64,000 nt of DNA from an uncultured delta proteobacterium (GTDB taxonomy: Bacteria > Desulfobacterota > WTBG01): NCBI GenBank assembly GCA_963793865.1, contig CAWCBP010000001.1:390816-454815 (forward strand), in the 5' to 3' direction. The notes beneath the pieces are model-generated. The model was not told the DNA's origin, did not search any database, and saw nothing but the letters and a program-made list of their open reading frames with translations. Below are positions 49,192 through 58,852 of this stretch, one piece after another. The translations under genes and the position numbers were made by a program. How positions within the stretch are numbered: the stretch's first letter is position 1; every line of letters begins with the position of its first letter.

Positions 49192-49899
49192 TCAGAAGAG
49201 CAGCCCCAGGATTTTCCGGGCCTTCTCCTCGCCGAGCGCCTTGCGCAGCGGTCCCTCGCCGGGATCGTTTTCCATCATGATCCTGAGCATGTCCCGCTTT
49301 CTGCCGTTTAAGGCCTTCATGTAATCGGGATCCGCTTTTCCCGCCTCCGACCAAAACTTTATAAAGAGCTTCAAATAATCAACGGTGATATCCAGCGCCC
49401 TCGCTTCGATGTTTTCCACATCATACTTGATCTTTCCGTAGGCGTAAAAGGGAGAGAGCATTACCCGCTGCCAGAGGTAGCGCTCCGTCCCCATGCCCTC
49501 AATGTCCCTGTACTTTTTCCAGAGCTCTTCCATGGGCGCCATGTACTTATCGAGGTAGTCCATGTCACGGCCGCAGTCGGCGAGGGGGATGAGGTCCGTC
49601 CGCAGGCTTAAGTGATTGACCGCCTGGACAATCTCCGAGGTGAACAGGGGAAAGGGATACTCGTCGGCGGGAACAATGGTGGTGCCGTAGACGATGATTT
49701 TGCCGCCCATGATGTCCGCCTTGATGGTCACGATCTTGTCAAGCTTATCGGCTTCAAAACAGCGCATGGTATGCACCATCATGTCGGTTTCGATCTCGGC
49801 AAACCCGGTGATGTCATCACCGCGGTAGGATTGCATGGGCCGGGGATTGATCGGCTGCAAGGTTTCGATGATGCGCTCAAAGTAAGGAATGGCTTGCAT
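49192..49899 (-). CDS. Ferredoxin-dependent bilin reductase (FDBR, PcyA/PebA/PebB/HY2 family)-like protein, divergent
   Basis: 235 aa. The core HTMRCFEADKLDKIVTIKADIMGGKIIVYGTTIVPADEYPFPLFTSEIV aligns with PcyA [47 protein letters not shown] and PebB [39 protein letters not shown]. The C-terminal tail is similar to FDBR tails. The PcyA catalytic His88/Asp105 equivalents appear substituted (V/E). Confidence 0.5.
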   Translation of the reverse strand: MQAIPYFERIIETLQPINPRPMQSYRGDDITGFAEIETDMMVHTMRCFEADKLDKIVTIKADIMGGKIIVYGTTIVPADEYPFPLFTSEIVQAVNHLSLRTDLIPLADCGRDMDYLDKYMAPMEELWKKYRDIEGMGTERYLWQRVMLSPFYAYGKIKYDVENIEARALDITVDYLKLFIKFWSEAGKADPDYMKALNGRKRDMLRIMMENDPGEGPLRKALGEEKARKILGLLF

Positions 49900-49950
49900 A
49901 AAGGGCTCCTTTGCGTTTTATAGCGCGTTATCTGCCGGGAGATCTGGGGT

Positions 49951-50108
49951 TCAAACGTCCAACATCGAACGTCCAACGTTCAACTTTCAATGAGAAAACA
50001 CGTGCTCTTGGTTCGACGTTGGAAGTTGAATGTTCAACGTTCATCGTTTTGTTTTGTTCATTCGACGTTGGATGTTGGAAGTTGAATGTTCAACGTTCAT
50101 CGTTTCCG
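49951..50108. repeat. Family-2 hairpin element with three arms (left arm 49951-49985, inverted arm 50010-50047, extra inverted arm 50060-50108), in the gap between the AOR-2 stop and the FDBR-like start
   Basis: Self-complementarity and family identity with 26677-26785 and 32972-33069. Confidence 0.6.
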
Positions 50109-50120
50109 ATAAAGGCCTGT

Positions 50121-51970
50121 CTATCCTTTGATAATAGTGTCCAACCCCAGCTCCTGCAGCTTCTCCCTCGAAGGCCGGCCTGTGCGGGGATCCCATCCCA
50201 TTGTTCCGCAGTACTCGGAGACCATGGTTTTGGCGTCGATGGTAATTCCCTGCAGCGGTCCTGCCGCCAGCGGCGGATCACCGATCATTCTACCGGGCAT
50301 CTTCCAGTCCGCAAATGAGATGCCCTCCCGCAAATTGAAGGCCATCCGCATGTTGGCAATCCGCTCCCCGGCAGTGAGCAGATCATCCAGGGTGCGGCTC
50401 TCGCCGGTCACGCACTCCATGAATTGCTGTATCATCGGCACCCCGTAGACCATGAGGGCAAAGTAGCAGATGCCGGTCGCGTTTACCACATGGGTGAGGT
50501 TGCTCATGAAGCGATGCATGTCGCCCTTGCCGGTGAAGCGGTATTTTTCCACCTGGCCGAAGGGGACACCGGGAATCATGAATCCGCTCTCCGGGAAGGC
50601 CGAGCCTCCCTGCATGTGACGGGCGGGCGTCGCGTCGGCGGCATAGGCGGTGGCGTATCCCGGGGTGTTGCGAGGATCGTGCATGGGGAGTTCCTGTCCT
50701 CCCAGATGCATGGCATACCGCTCAGCCCCCTTGCCGATCTTCTCTGACGCCCTGCGCACGCCATCGGCGAGGAGCGCCCCGAAGCCTTCCCGTCGCGCTA
50801 TCTTCTCGGTGAGGGCCACGATGGCCTGATGGTCCCCCCAGGTCAGCTCAATGCCGCCGGTGTCATCTTTGCCCACGATGCCGTTTTGGTAACATTCGAT
50901 GGCAAAGGCGACCGAGGCCCCGGTGGAAATGGTGTCGAGACCGGCGCGGTTGCAGATATCATTAATTTTTATAATGGACTCAAGATTGTCATTCAAACAA
51001 AGGGCGCCGAAAGCGCACAAGGTCTCGTATTCAGGCTTGTGGGTTTCACAGGCATAGGGGGACGAGTCGACGGTGACTTCTCCGCCGCAGGCGATGGGGC
51101 ATCCGAAGCAGGCGTACTTCTTTTTCTGACGCGCAATCACGCTCCCGTCGCTGACAGCGGCCGCGTTGGGAAAATCCTCCCCGTCCCGCCCCAGTTTTTA
51201 ACCGGCGATTCGCCGCTGGCCGCAAACATGGCGGTAACGCCGCAGGTGCCCAGGCCCGAGAAGAGTTGAAAGGTGGGGCTGTTCTTTCCGTCGGCAATGA
51301 GTTTCTGCCGCAGATTCCTGGCGGCTTCCTCCTGCGCGACCGGTATGGCGCCTGTTCCCTTTACCACCACCGCCTTCAGCCGCTTGGAGCCCATGAGCGC
51401 GCCCAGGCCGGATCGCGCCGCGGCGCGCCACTTGTCGTTGATGATACAGGAAATCAATGAGCATTTTTCTCCCGCGGGCCCGATGCCTGCAACGCGGATA
51501 TCCAGCCCCAGCTCTTCTTTCATCCGGTCTTCCATCTGATTGGTGTCCAGGCCGGCATATGGCCTGGCATCCCGCAGCTCGGCCTTGCCGTCAGCGATAA
51601 AGAGATATGTCCAGGTGCCGGCCGCTCCTTCAAAAAAGACGCCGTCATATCCCGCCTTTTTCAACGCCGGTCCGAAGAATCCGCCGGAGTTGGCATCTCC
51701 CCAGGCCCCGGTGAGCGGCGATTTGCCCATCACCGTGTAGCGGGATGAGCTGATGGCCGGTGTCCCGGTCAGGGGGCCCGTCGCGAAACCCAGAATGTTT
51801 GCCGGGTCAAAAGGAGGCAGCTTCGGCTTTTGCCTCTCGTAAATGAGCCGTGCACCCAAACCATAGCCGCCAAGGAATCGGCGGTAGAGATCCGGATCCG
51901 GTTTCATGGTTTCGATTGCGCCTTTGGAAAGATCAACCCAAAGCAGCTTTCCGACAATACCACCTTTCAT
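50121..51970 (-). CDS. Second aldehyde:ferredoxin oxidoreductase, split into AFOR_N (51970-51137) and AFOR_C (51140-50121) ORFs by a frameshift at ~51140-51200
   Basis: The two ORFs abut with a 4-nt overlap in different frames. Together they cover a complete AOR (MKGGIVGKLLWVDLS... through ...GLDTIIKG). The frame switch lies in ccccgtcccgccccagttttt (C4/C4/T5 runs). Confidence 0.75.
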
Positions 51971-52228
51971 AGAGGACCTCCTGATTGCGATGTGGGATCA
52001 TTTCGCTCTCTTCTTGCTTGACTATATATTTTTAAGTGGTAAGTATCAAACAAAAAAATGTGCGATCTGCGATGTGAGGTGTGGGGTATGAGGTACAAGT
52101 GTCTGTGTCTTTATCCCGTATCACACATCGCATACCAGGCAGTGGATATCTCAGATTGCCCTGGTGTCGTGTTCCAGAAATAACCTATTATAAAAAATAC
52201 CATAAACCGAACCACAGGGGACACAACC

Positions 52229-53680
52229 ATGATCTATGACGTTGTGATTGTCGGCGCGGGTTCCAATGGCTCTACGGCTGCATACTTTCTGGCCAAGCGA
52301 GGATTCAAAACCCTGCTGATCGAGTCAGGAAGGACGCCGGGGGATAAATGCCACGGGGCGACCGAATATGCCCCGGGGGTGATCTTCCACAGTCGCAAAG
52401 AGCTGGTTGCCCTGATGCTCAGGGTGCTTAAGCAAATACCCCATCTGCATCCGGGGGACCTGGGGTCGGCCCACTCCTATTATTATGTCAACGGCGAGAA
52501 CAAGGTTGTCTTCAAATCCTGCGTGTTTGCCCCCGGCACAACCGGCAAGGAAGAGAGCTACGGGGTCAACAACCAGGATTTCGTGCGGGTGCTGACCGAA
52601 GAGGCGGTGAAGGCGGGCGCCGAACTCAAGAACGGTACCACGGTGGTTGATCTCATCCGCGAGGGAGACGGCATCGGCGGCGTGGTGACAGAAGGCGGTG
52701 AGAAGATACGGGCGCGCCTCACCTTCGCCGCGGACGGCAGGTTATCCTCGGTCGCCAAGATGGCGGACCTGCTCGACAAGTGGGACCCCAACGTGTGCTG
52801 CTACCAGTATGGCGAAGCCTGGAAGTTCAGATCCGAAGAGGAGATGTTTGACTATGTGGAGCACGCGCGGCACATGTTTTTCGGGCCCACCCTCACTCCG
52901 CCGAAACCCTGGGGCGCCTGTACCATATCGCTGCGGCCGGGAGGCATTGCAACGGTAAATGCGCCCACCAGCTGGACGCCCTTAAGCTCCATGGTCAGCG
53001 CCGGGAAAAATTCCCGCAGCGTGTACATGCGCCGGCTGTACAGCATCATGGAGGTGCGCCGGATGCTGCGCCCGTGCGAGGGGTTCCCCGACCGGCCGAT
53101 GCAGCGCCAGTCCACCTTTTTGCCGGGCCCGCCACTCAAGAAGCCATATAAGAAGGGGCTTATCATCTGCGGCGATGCCGGCGCCGTCGGCGGCATATGC
53201 GGGGCGGGTGAACGCGCCGCTCAGTATGTCATTCCCCTGCTGGAACGGAATGATCTCTCGGAGGAAGTCCTGGCGGGATTTGCCGCGGCGCGCTTCCCCT
53301 GGGGTGTGGATCGCGACCAGGGCAAGTCGGAGAAAAACCGGCCCACCAAGGAGCTTTCCGAAGTGAGCCCCACCCGCATCGTCCATTGGAGCGCGGGCGC
53401 CGGCTATGTCGAGAAATTCAACTGCAGCATGGAGGAGATGGTGGAGAACATGCGGCTGGCCGCAGTGCCTCATGTCATGGGCACGCCGAGTCCGGAGAAG
53501 TGCGGCGAGTTCGGCTACGTGGAGATGGGGGCGTGGCTTATCGCGGTCAAGATAAACCACCTGCTTTCATTGTACGGCCCGATACTGCAGGATCCGGCCA
53601 TGTTCCCGCGAATCCTCAAGTGGGTTCAGAAAAACCAGGAGTCATTTAACCGGAACCGGGTGTTTGATCATCCGTTTTGA
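52229..53680 (+). CDS. FAD-dependent oxidoreductase of the geranylgeranyl-reductase/FixC-like family, with a C-terminal extension
   Basis: N-terminal dinucleotide fold YDVVIVGAGSNGSTAAYFLAKRG. GDAAG-like ICGDAGAVGG. 483 aa. Confidence 0.65.
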   Translation: MIYDVVIVGAGSNGSTAAYFLAKRGFKTLLIESGRTPGDKCHGATEYAPGVIFHSRKELVALMLRVLKQIPHLHPGDLGSAHSYYYVNGENKVVFKSCVFAPGTTGKEESYGVNNQDFVRVLTEEAVKAGAELKNGTTVVDLIREGDGIGGVVTEGGEKIRARLTFAADGRLSSVAKMADLLDKWDPNVCCYQYGEAWKFRSEEEMFDYVEHARHMFFGPTLTPPKPWGACTISLRPGGIATVNAPTSWTPLSSMVSAGKNSRSVYMRRLYSIMEVRRMLRPCEGFPDRPMQRQSTFLPGPPLKKPYKKGLIICGDAGAVGGICGAGERAAQYVIPLLERNDLSEEVLAGFAAARFPWGVDRDQGKSEKNRPTKELSEVSPTRIVHWSAGAGYVEKFNCSMEEMVENMRLAAVPHVMGTPSPEKCGEFGYVEMGAWLIAVKINHLLSLYGPILQDPAMFPRILKWVQKNQESFNRNRVFDHPF

Positions 53681-53691
53681 GGAGGTTGTTT

Positions 53692-53935
53692 ATGAGCGAA
53701 TGGATTTCCACGCCGGTCACCATTATTGAAATTGATGACGGAAAAATGCACGGGATGCGGCAGCTGCGTGATCATCTGCGGCGGCGAGGTGTTTGAGATG
53801 CGGGAGGGCAAGGCGGCCGTCGCCCGCAGGGAGGGGTGCCTGGAGTGCGGGAACTGCGAGGTGGTGTGCAGCGCCGATGCGCTGCGCGTCCGCGTACCCG
53901 CAGGCGGCACCGGCATCATTTACCAGTGCGGGTAG
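53692..53935 (+). CDS. 2x[4Fe-4S] ferredoxin (FixX-like partner). The ATG at 53692 is in a different frame from the Cys-motif ORF (TTG 53726)
   Basis: The frame from ATG 53692 reads MSEWISTPVTIIEIDDGK and then terminates. The next frame reads KCTGCGSCVIICGG...CLECGNCEVVC, which is two CxxCxxCxxxC motifs. A single extra A in the run ggaaaaatgc (53737-53746) would join them into a typical ~80-aa ferredoxin. Confidence 0.55.
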
Positions 53936-53940
53936 TTGAG

Positions 53941-54095
53941 GGCAGAGCGTGATGCCGGATACATGATGCACGATCCAGGATGCAAGAAAATGCGGCCTCA
54001 CTGACCCTGTACCCTTAACCCTGCCACCTGTTTTTTTAACCACGAAGCACACGAAGAAAGAGAAAAGCACGAAGGGCACGAAGAGAAATACTATC
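53941..54095 (+). repeat. Composite intergenic repeat (copy E, short): GATGCACGATCCAGGATGCA module; CCCTGTACCCTTAACCCTG module; CACGAAG x4 array (54041-54085)
   Basis: Module identity with copies A-D. Confidence 0.65.
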
Positions 54096-54109
54096 TCGAA
54101 AGAAATGCC

Positions 54110-54863
54110 GTGAAGGAGGAACATATGGACGGAAGGGGACTAACAAAATTCTGCTATGAAACGCTGGCGCGGGAGGTAAAGCTGGAAAAGGTGCCCGGGC
54201 TTGACGACGTGGCACAGGTAAAACTGCTCAGCGGGGAAGACGGCGGCGGTATTCAGGCGTATCGGGGAGACCGGATTGACAAGGTGACGCTGGTAGATTT
54301 GAGGTTCGGCGGCGGCATCCCGGTGCCCCATCATGACCATAAGCTCGCGATCGGCTCAGAGGTATTTCAGATACTCCCGGATCTGACCTACAAGATGCCC
54401 ATCTGGGGCATCAACTCTATCGTCATGAAGGATGGAACTTACCACTTCGATACCGATTTCACCTTCGGCTTCGACCTGGTCATGGATTATCAGTTCGCCA
54501 TGAAATACTTGGAGCCGTTCAGCGCCGTCTCTAAAAAATTTTGGAACCATAAAGATTTCAAGCGGGTCAACCTGGACGATTTCACGACGTGGGTGAGGAC
54601 CTATATTTCGCCGGCGTTTGTCATGGTCGCGCACCCGGGTTGAAAACGTTTCCACCGTGTATGAACTGTGCACCGAATTCATCAAGTGCTGGCTCGCCAT
54701 GTACCGCGAGGCCGAGAAAAGGGATGAAGGATTTAAGCAGGAGCAGCTCAAACGAATAAAAGCCCAGTACGGAGGCATGCAGCAGACCGACCGGATGGGA
54801 AAAGTTATCATGAATGCCTATGGCCAGGAAACCTTTGCCAAATTTTTTAAGGCCATGCTGTAG
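54110..54863 (+). CDS. Second FDBR-like paralog, split by a frameshift near 54618-54643
   Basis: ORFs 54110-54643 and 54618-54863 overlap in different frames. Joined, they align along the full length with the FDBR-like protein at 49192-49899 (QAYRGDRIDKVTLVDLRFGGG vs MRCFEADKLDKIVTIKADIMGG; LPDLTYKMPIWGINSIV vs VPADEYPFPLFTSEIV; C-terminal VIMNAYGQETFAKFFKAML vs FDBR tails). Confidence 0.45.
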
Positions 54864-54877
54864 ATTCATAACCATAA

Positions 54878-54947
54878 GGGGGACGCCCTTAAAATTCTAA
54901 AATTCATTATTGATGCCCAGAAACTTAGAAATTTAAGGGCGTCCCCC
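54878..54947 (+). repeat. Perfect 18-19-bp inverted repeat (GGGGGACGCCCTTAAAATT ... AATTTAAGGGCGTCCCCC) with a 33-nt A/T-rich loop, 15 nt after the FDBR-like stop
   Basis: Exact reverse complementarity read from the sequence. No T-run follows it (CCCCCTGCGCC). Confidence 0.6.
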
Positions 54948-55284
54948 CCCCTGCGCCTCACAGCTGGTGGCGCGACGGGGAATTTTTTTCCGCTCACATT
55001 CTGCTGCCTGTATTCAAGCCTTTTGCTCTTACGCTGAAGCATGGGTTCTCCTTCCTGGAGTCATGCCATTGCGGACGCAACGGAGTGCGTCCCTCCATCC
55101 CTGATATCCCAAAAAAATCACACAAATGTAATGGTTCGTTTTGTCCACCATCACATTGCAGTTCACGCCTGCCCAAAAAAATCCTCCTGCCCCTGATCCC
55201 GCTGCGCCTCGTTCCGGTAAAATCGTTTGACAAGGCGCGGCTTGTACGTTACATATTAACAATTCTGCTTTCGGAGAAAGGTGT

Positions 55285-55494
55285 ATGAAAGGATCAATCA
55301 CCATTAATCAGGAACTGTGCAAGGGCTGCCTGCTCTGCGCATCGTTCTGCCCCAGGAAATCCCTCTCGCAGTCCGGTACACTCAATCGCAAGGGATACCT
55401 TGTGGCCGCGTTTGATGCAGAGAACGGGTGCACGGGCTGCGCGACCTGCGCCCTGGTCTGCCCGGAGATTGCCATCGAGGTCTACCGTGAATAA
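55285..55494 (+). CDS. 2-oxoacid:ferredoxin oxidoreductase delta subunit (2x[4Fe-4S] ferredoxin)
   Basis: CKGCLLCASFCP and CTGCATCALVCP motifs. First gene of a four-gene operon. Confidence 0.8.
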   Translation: MKGSITINQELCKGCLLCASFCPRKSLSQSGTLNRKGYLVAAFDAENGCTGCATCALVCPEIAIEVYRE

Positions 55495-55501
55495 GCAGCT
55501 C

Positions 55502-56559
55502 ATGAGCGGCACCAGCGCCATCGGTGAGGCGGCAATCCAGGCGGGATGCAGGTTTTACTTCGGCTACCCCATCACCCCTCAGAATGAATTGCCCGAGTAC
55601 ATGGCAAAGCGGCTGGCCGAGGTGCCGGGAGGCGTGTTCATTCAGGCGGAAAGCGAAATCGGGGCCATCAACATGGTCCTGGGCGCAAGCGCGGTGGGCG
55701 GCCGGGCCATGACTTCATCCAGCAGCCCGGGGATGAGTTTGAAGCAGGAGGGAATTTCCTACCTGGCCGGCCAGGAGCTGCCCGCGGTCATCGTGAACGT
55801 GGTGCGCGGGGGGCCCGGTCTCGGGTCCATCTATTCCGCCCAGTCGGACTATTTCCAGGCAACCCGCGGCGGCGGGCACGGTGATTACCGCACCATCGTG
55901 CTGGCCCCGGCCTCGGTGCAGGAGCTCGCGGACATGACGGCCGAAGCCTTTGATCTGGCCGATACCTACCGAACGCCGGTCATCGTGCTGGCGGACGGGG
56001 TGCTGGGGCAGATGATGGAGCCGGTCAAGATACCCGCGCCCCGCAAGGAAGGTGAGCGGGACCTGGATTATATCCTGACCGGTGCCAAGGGGAGACCATC
56101 CAAAGCCATTCATTCCTTCAGAATGGACCCGCAGGACCAGGAGGAGCACAACTGGAAGCTGATGAGAAAATACAAGCTCATCGAGCAGCGCGAGATCCGC
56201 CATGAGACCTATTTGCTGGATGATGCACAACTGGTGGTGATTGCATACGGCACGGCCGCCCGCATCGCCAAGGGGGCCATCAAGCGGATGCGAAAGGAGA
56301 ACATGAAGGTGGGGATGATTCGCCCCAGGACGCTCTGGCCCTTTCCGGCGCAGATCATCAAGGATACGGCAAAGCACATCCGTGATTTTTTTGTTTTTGA
56401 GATGAGCGCGGGTCAGATGATTGAGGATGTGAAGCTGGCGCTGGAAGGAAAAGGCACGGTTCATTTCTACGGGAGGCCGGGCGGCGTTCTGCCGGCGCCC
56501 ATTGAGCTCTACCGGATAATTACCAGGCATTACCTGCAGTCGCAAAGGAAGCGCAAGAC

Positions 56560-56563
<4 letters not shown>
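55502..56563 (+). CDS. 2-oxoacid:ferredoxin oxidoreductase alpha subunit
   Basis: MSGTSAIGEAAIQAGCRFYFGYPITPQNEL start. The ATG at 55502 is in frame inside the longer ORF from 55400, which would overlap the delta subunit. Confidence 0.8.
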
Positions 56564-57293
<730 letters not shown>

Positions 57294-57300
<7 letters not shown>

Positions 57301-57839
57301 TCAAGACCGTTTTTTCGGGATTCGGCGGACAGGGGGTTCTCTCCATGGGGAACGCGGTGGCAACGGCCGCCATGCTGGAGGGCAAGCACGTCACCTATTT
57401 TCCCTCCTACGGCGCCGAGGTGAGAGGCGGCACGGCCAACTGCACCGTTTCCGTCTCCGACGAGGAGATTGCCTCGCCCGTGGCCTCTGAGCCGGAGTTC
57501 GTGGTGGCCATGAATCAGCCCGCCTTCGTCCGCTTCCAGAATTTGCTGGTATCGGGCGGACTGGCGCTGGTGAACGCTTCCATGGTAAGCGCTGCCTCGG
57601 TGAGGGGCGACATCGAGGTGGTCGAGGTGCCGACCAGCGAGCTGGCGGAGAAGCTGGGAAACATCAAGGTGGCAAACATGATCATGCTGGGGGCATTTAT
57701 CAGGGTGAGCAGCATTGTGTCATTTCCCCGCCTGCTGAAGAACCTGCCCGACATACTGGGTGCCAAGCGCGAGCGGCTTTTGAAGATAAACCAGCAGGCC
57801 CTCGAGCTGGGACATGCATTCGTAAAGGAGGGACAGTAA
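57294..57839 (+). CDS. 2-oxoacid:ferredoxin oxidoreductase gamma subunit
   Basis: MLIKTVFSGFGGQGVLSMGN start. The start lies within the end of the beta gene. Confidence 0.8.
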
Positions 57840-58267
57840 TGTCCATCAAGCAGATATCCGTGAGCCTGGACAACGTGCCCGGGGCGCTTTCCAACGTGAG
57901 CGAAATCCTGGGCGATGAAGGCGTGAATATCCGGGCCATTTCAGTCGCCGACACCGCGGATATCAGCACGGTCCGATTCGTGGTGGATGAGCCCTTCAAG
58001 GCGGTGAACATTCTCAAGACCAACGGCTACGCGGTCAAGGAAACCGATGTGCTGGCGGTCGAAACGCCTGACCACCCGGGAGGCCTCAATGCCGTTCTCA
58101 AGCCTCTCAGGGATGCCGGCATCAACGTTCATTATCTCTATCCCTACCTGGGCAGGTCCAGCGACCAGGCGGTGGTGATACTGGGTGTGGATAGGACCGA
58201 CGAGGCCATCAAAGTTTTAGGTGAAAACTGGGTGCGTACACTGGGTGAGGAATTATACAATCTGTGA
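57839..58267 (+). CDS. ACT-domain protein (two ACT repeats), translationally coupled to the OFOR gamma subunit (TAATG overlap)
   Basis: ISVSLDNVPGALSNVSEILGDEGVNIRAISV and LAVETPDHPGGLNAVLKPLRDAGINVHYLY. Confidence 0.65.
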   Translation: MSIKQISVSLDNVPGALSNVSEILGDEGVNIRAISVADTADISTVRFVVDEPFKAVNILKTNGYAVKETDVLAVETPDHPGGLNAVLKPLRDAGINVHYLYPYLGRSSDQAVVILGVDRTDEAIKVLGENWVRTLGEELYNL

Positions 58268-58302
58268 CGGTTCCGTCGCGCATAACCTTATGAGGTAACA
58301 GC

Positions 58303-58611
58303 ATGTCTGACGTCTTGTGTGCCCTTTGCGGGAAACGGCTTTCACCGCGGAGTTTGAAATATATTGTTCGCATTCACATTGCCACCGAGTATGACGGCTT
58401 TCATCCGGGCTGGGATGATGAGCGCCCGGCGGGCCCCCAGGGGGTTTTCAAGGAAACCATGGATCTTGAGGCGGCCGAGCTGGAAGAGCTGGTGAACGAG
58501 GAGGTGTCCGTCTACCTCTGCATTCAGTGCAAGAAGCGGTTTACCAGGGATCTTATCGAAGGCGAGGAGGAAAAGCCAACGACCAGGGATCTCAGGATCG
58601 TGTACCACTAA
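58303..58611 (+). CDS. Small zinc-ribbon protein (CxxC...CxxC)
   Basis: CALCGKRL and CIQCKKRF pairs. 102 aa, acidic. Confidence 0.45.
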   Translation: MSDVLCALCGKRLSPRSLKYIVRIHIATEYDGFHPGWDDERPAGPQGVFKETMDLEAAELEELVNEEVSVYLCIQCKKRFTRDLIEGEEEKPTTRDLRIVYH

Positions 58612-58615
58612 CACC

Positions 58616-58800
58616 TGGAGTGATGGAGTAATGGAGTAATGCGGTGATGGAAAAACTAAGCGGCAGGGAGCGTATGCAGCTGGAGTGGTGGAGTAATGGA
58701 GTGATGCGGTGATGGAAAAACCACGCAGCAGGTAGTTTACGTTTTACCAATACTCCAGTACTCCATTACTCCATTGCTCCACGCCTCCAGTACTCCACCC
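58616..58800. repeat. Two ~53-bp direct repeats (58616-58668, 58679-58731; unit CTGGAGTGATGGAGTAATGGAGTAATGCGGTGATGGAAAAAC...) followed by an inverted copy rich in ACTCCAGTACTCCATTACTCCA (58745-58800)
   Basis: Read directly from the sequence. The same ACTCCA motif occurs at 10885-10920 and 12860-12895. Confidence 0.65.
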
Positions 58801-58852
58801 CTCCAAAAATTTACCACTCCCATCCCCAGTAACTCCTCCATCATAGCCCCAC

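Noticed and set aside
58616-58731. Possible CRISPR array (regular direct repeats)
   Set aside because: Only two 53-bp units with a 10-bp spacer, then an inverted copy. There is no series of equal repeats with unique 25-40-bp spacers anywhere in the window.
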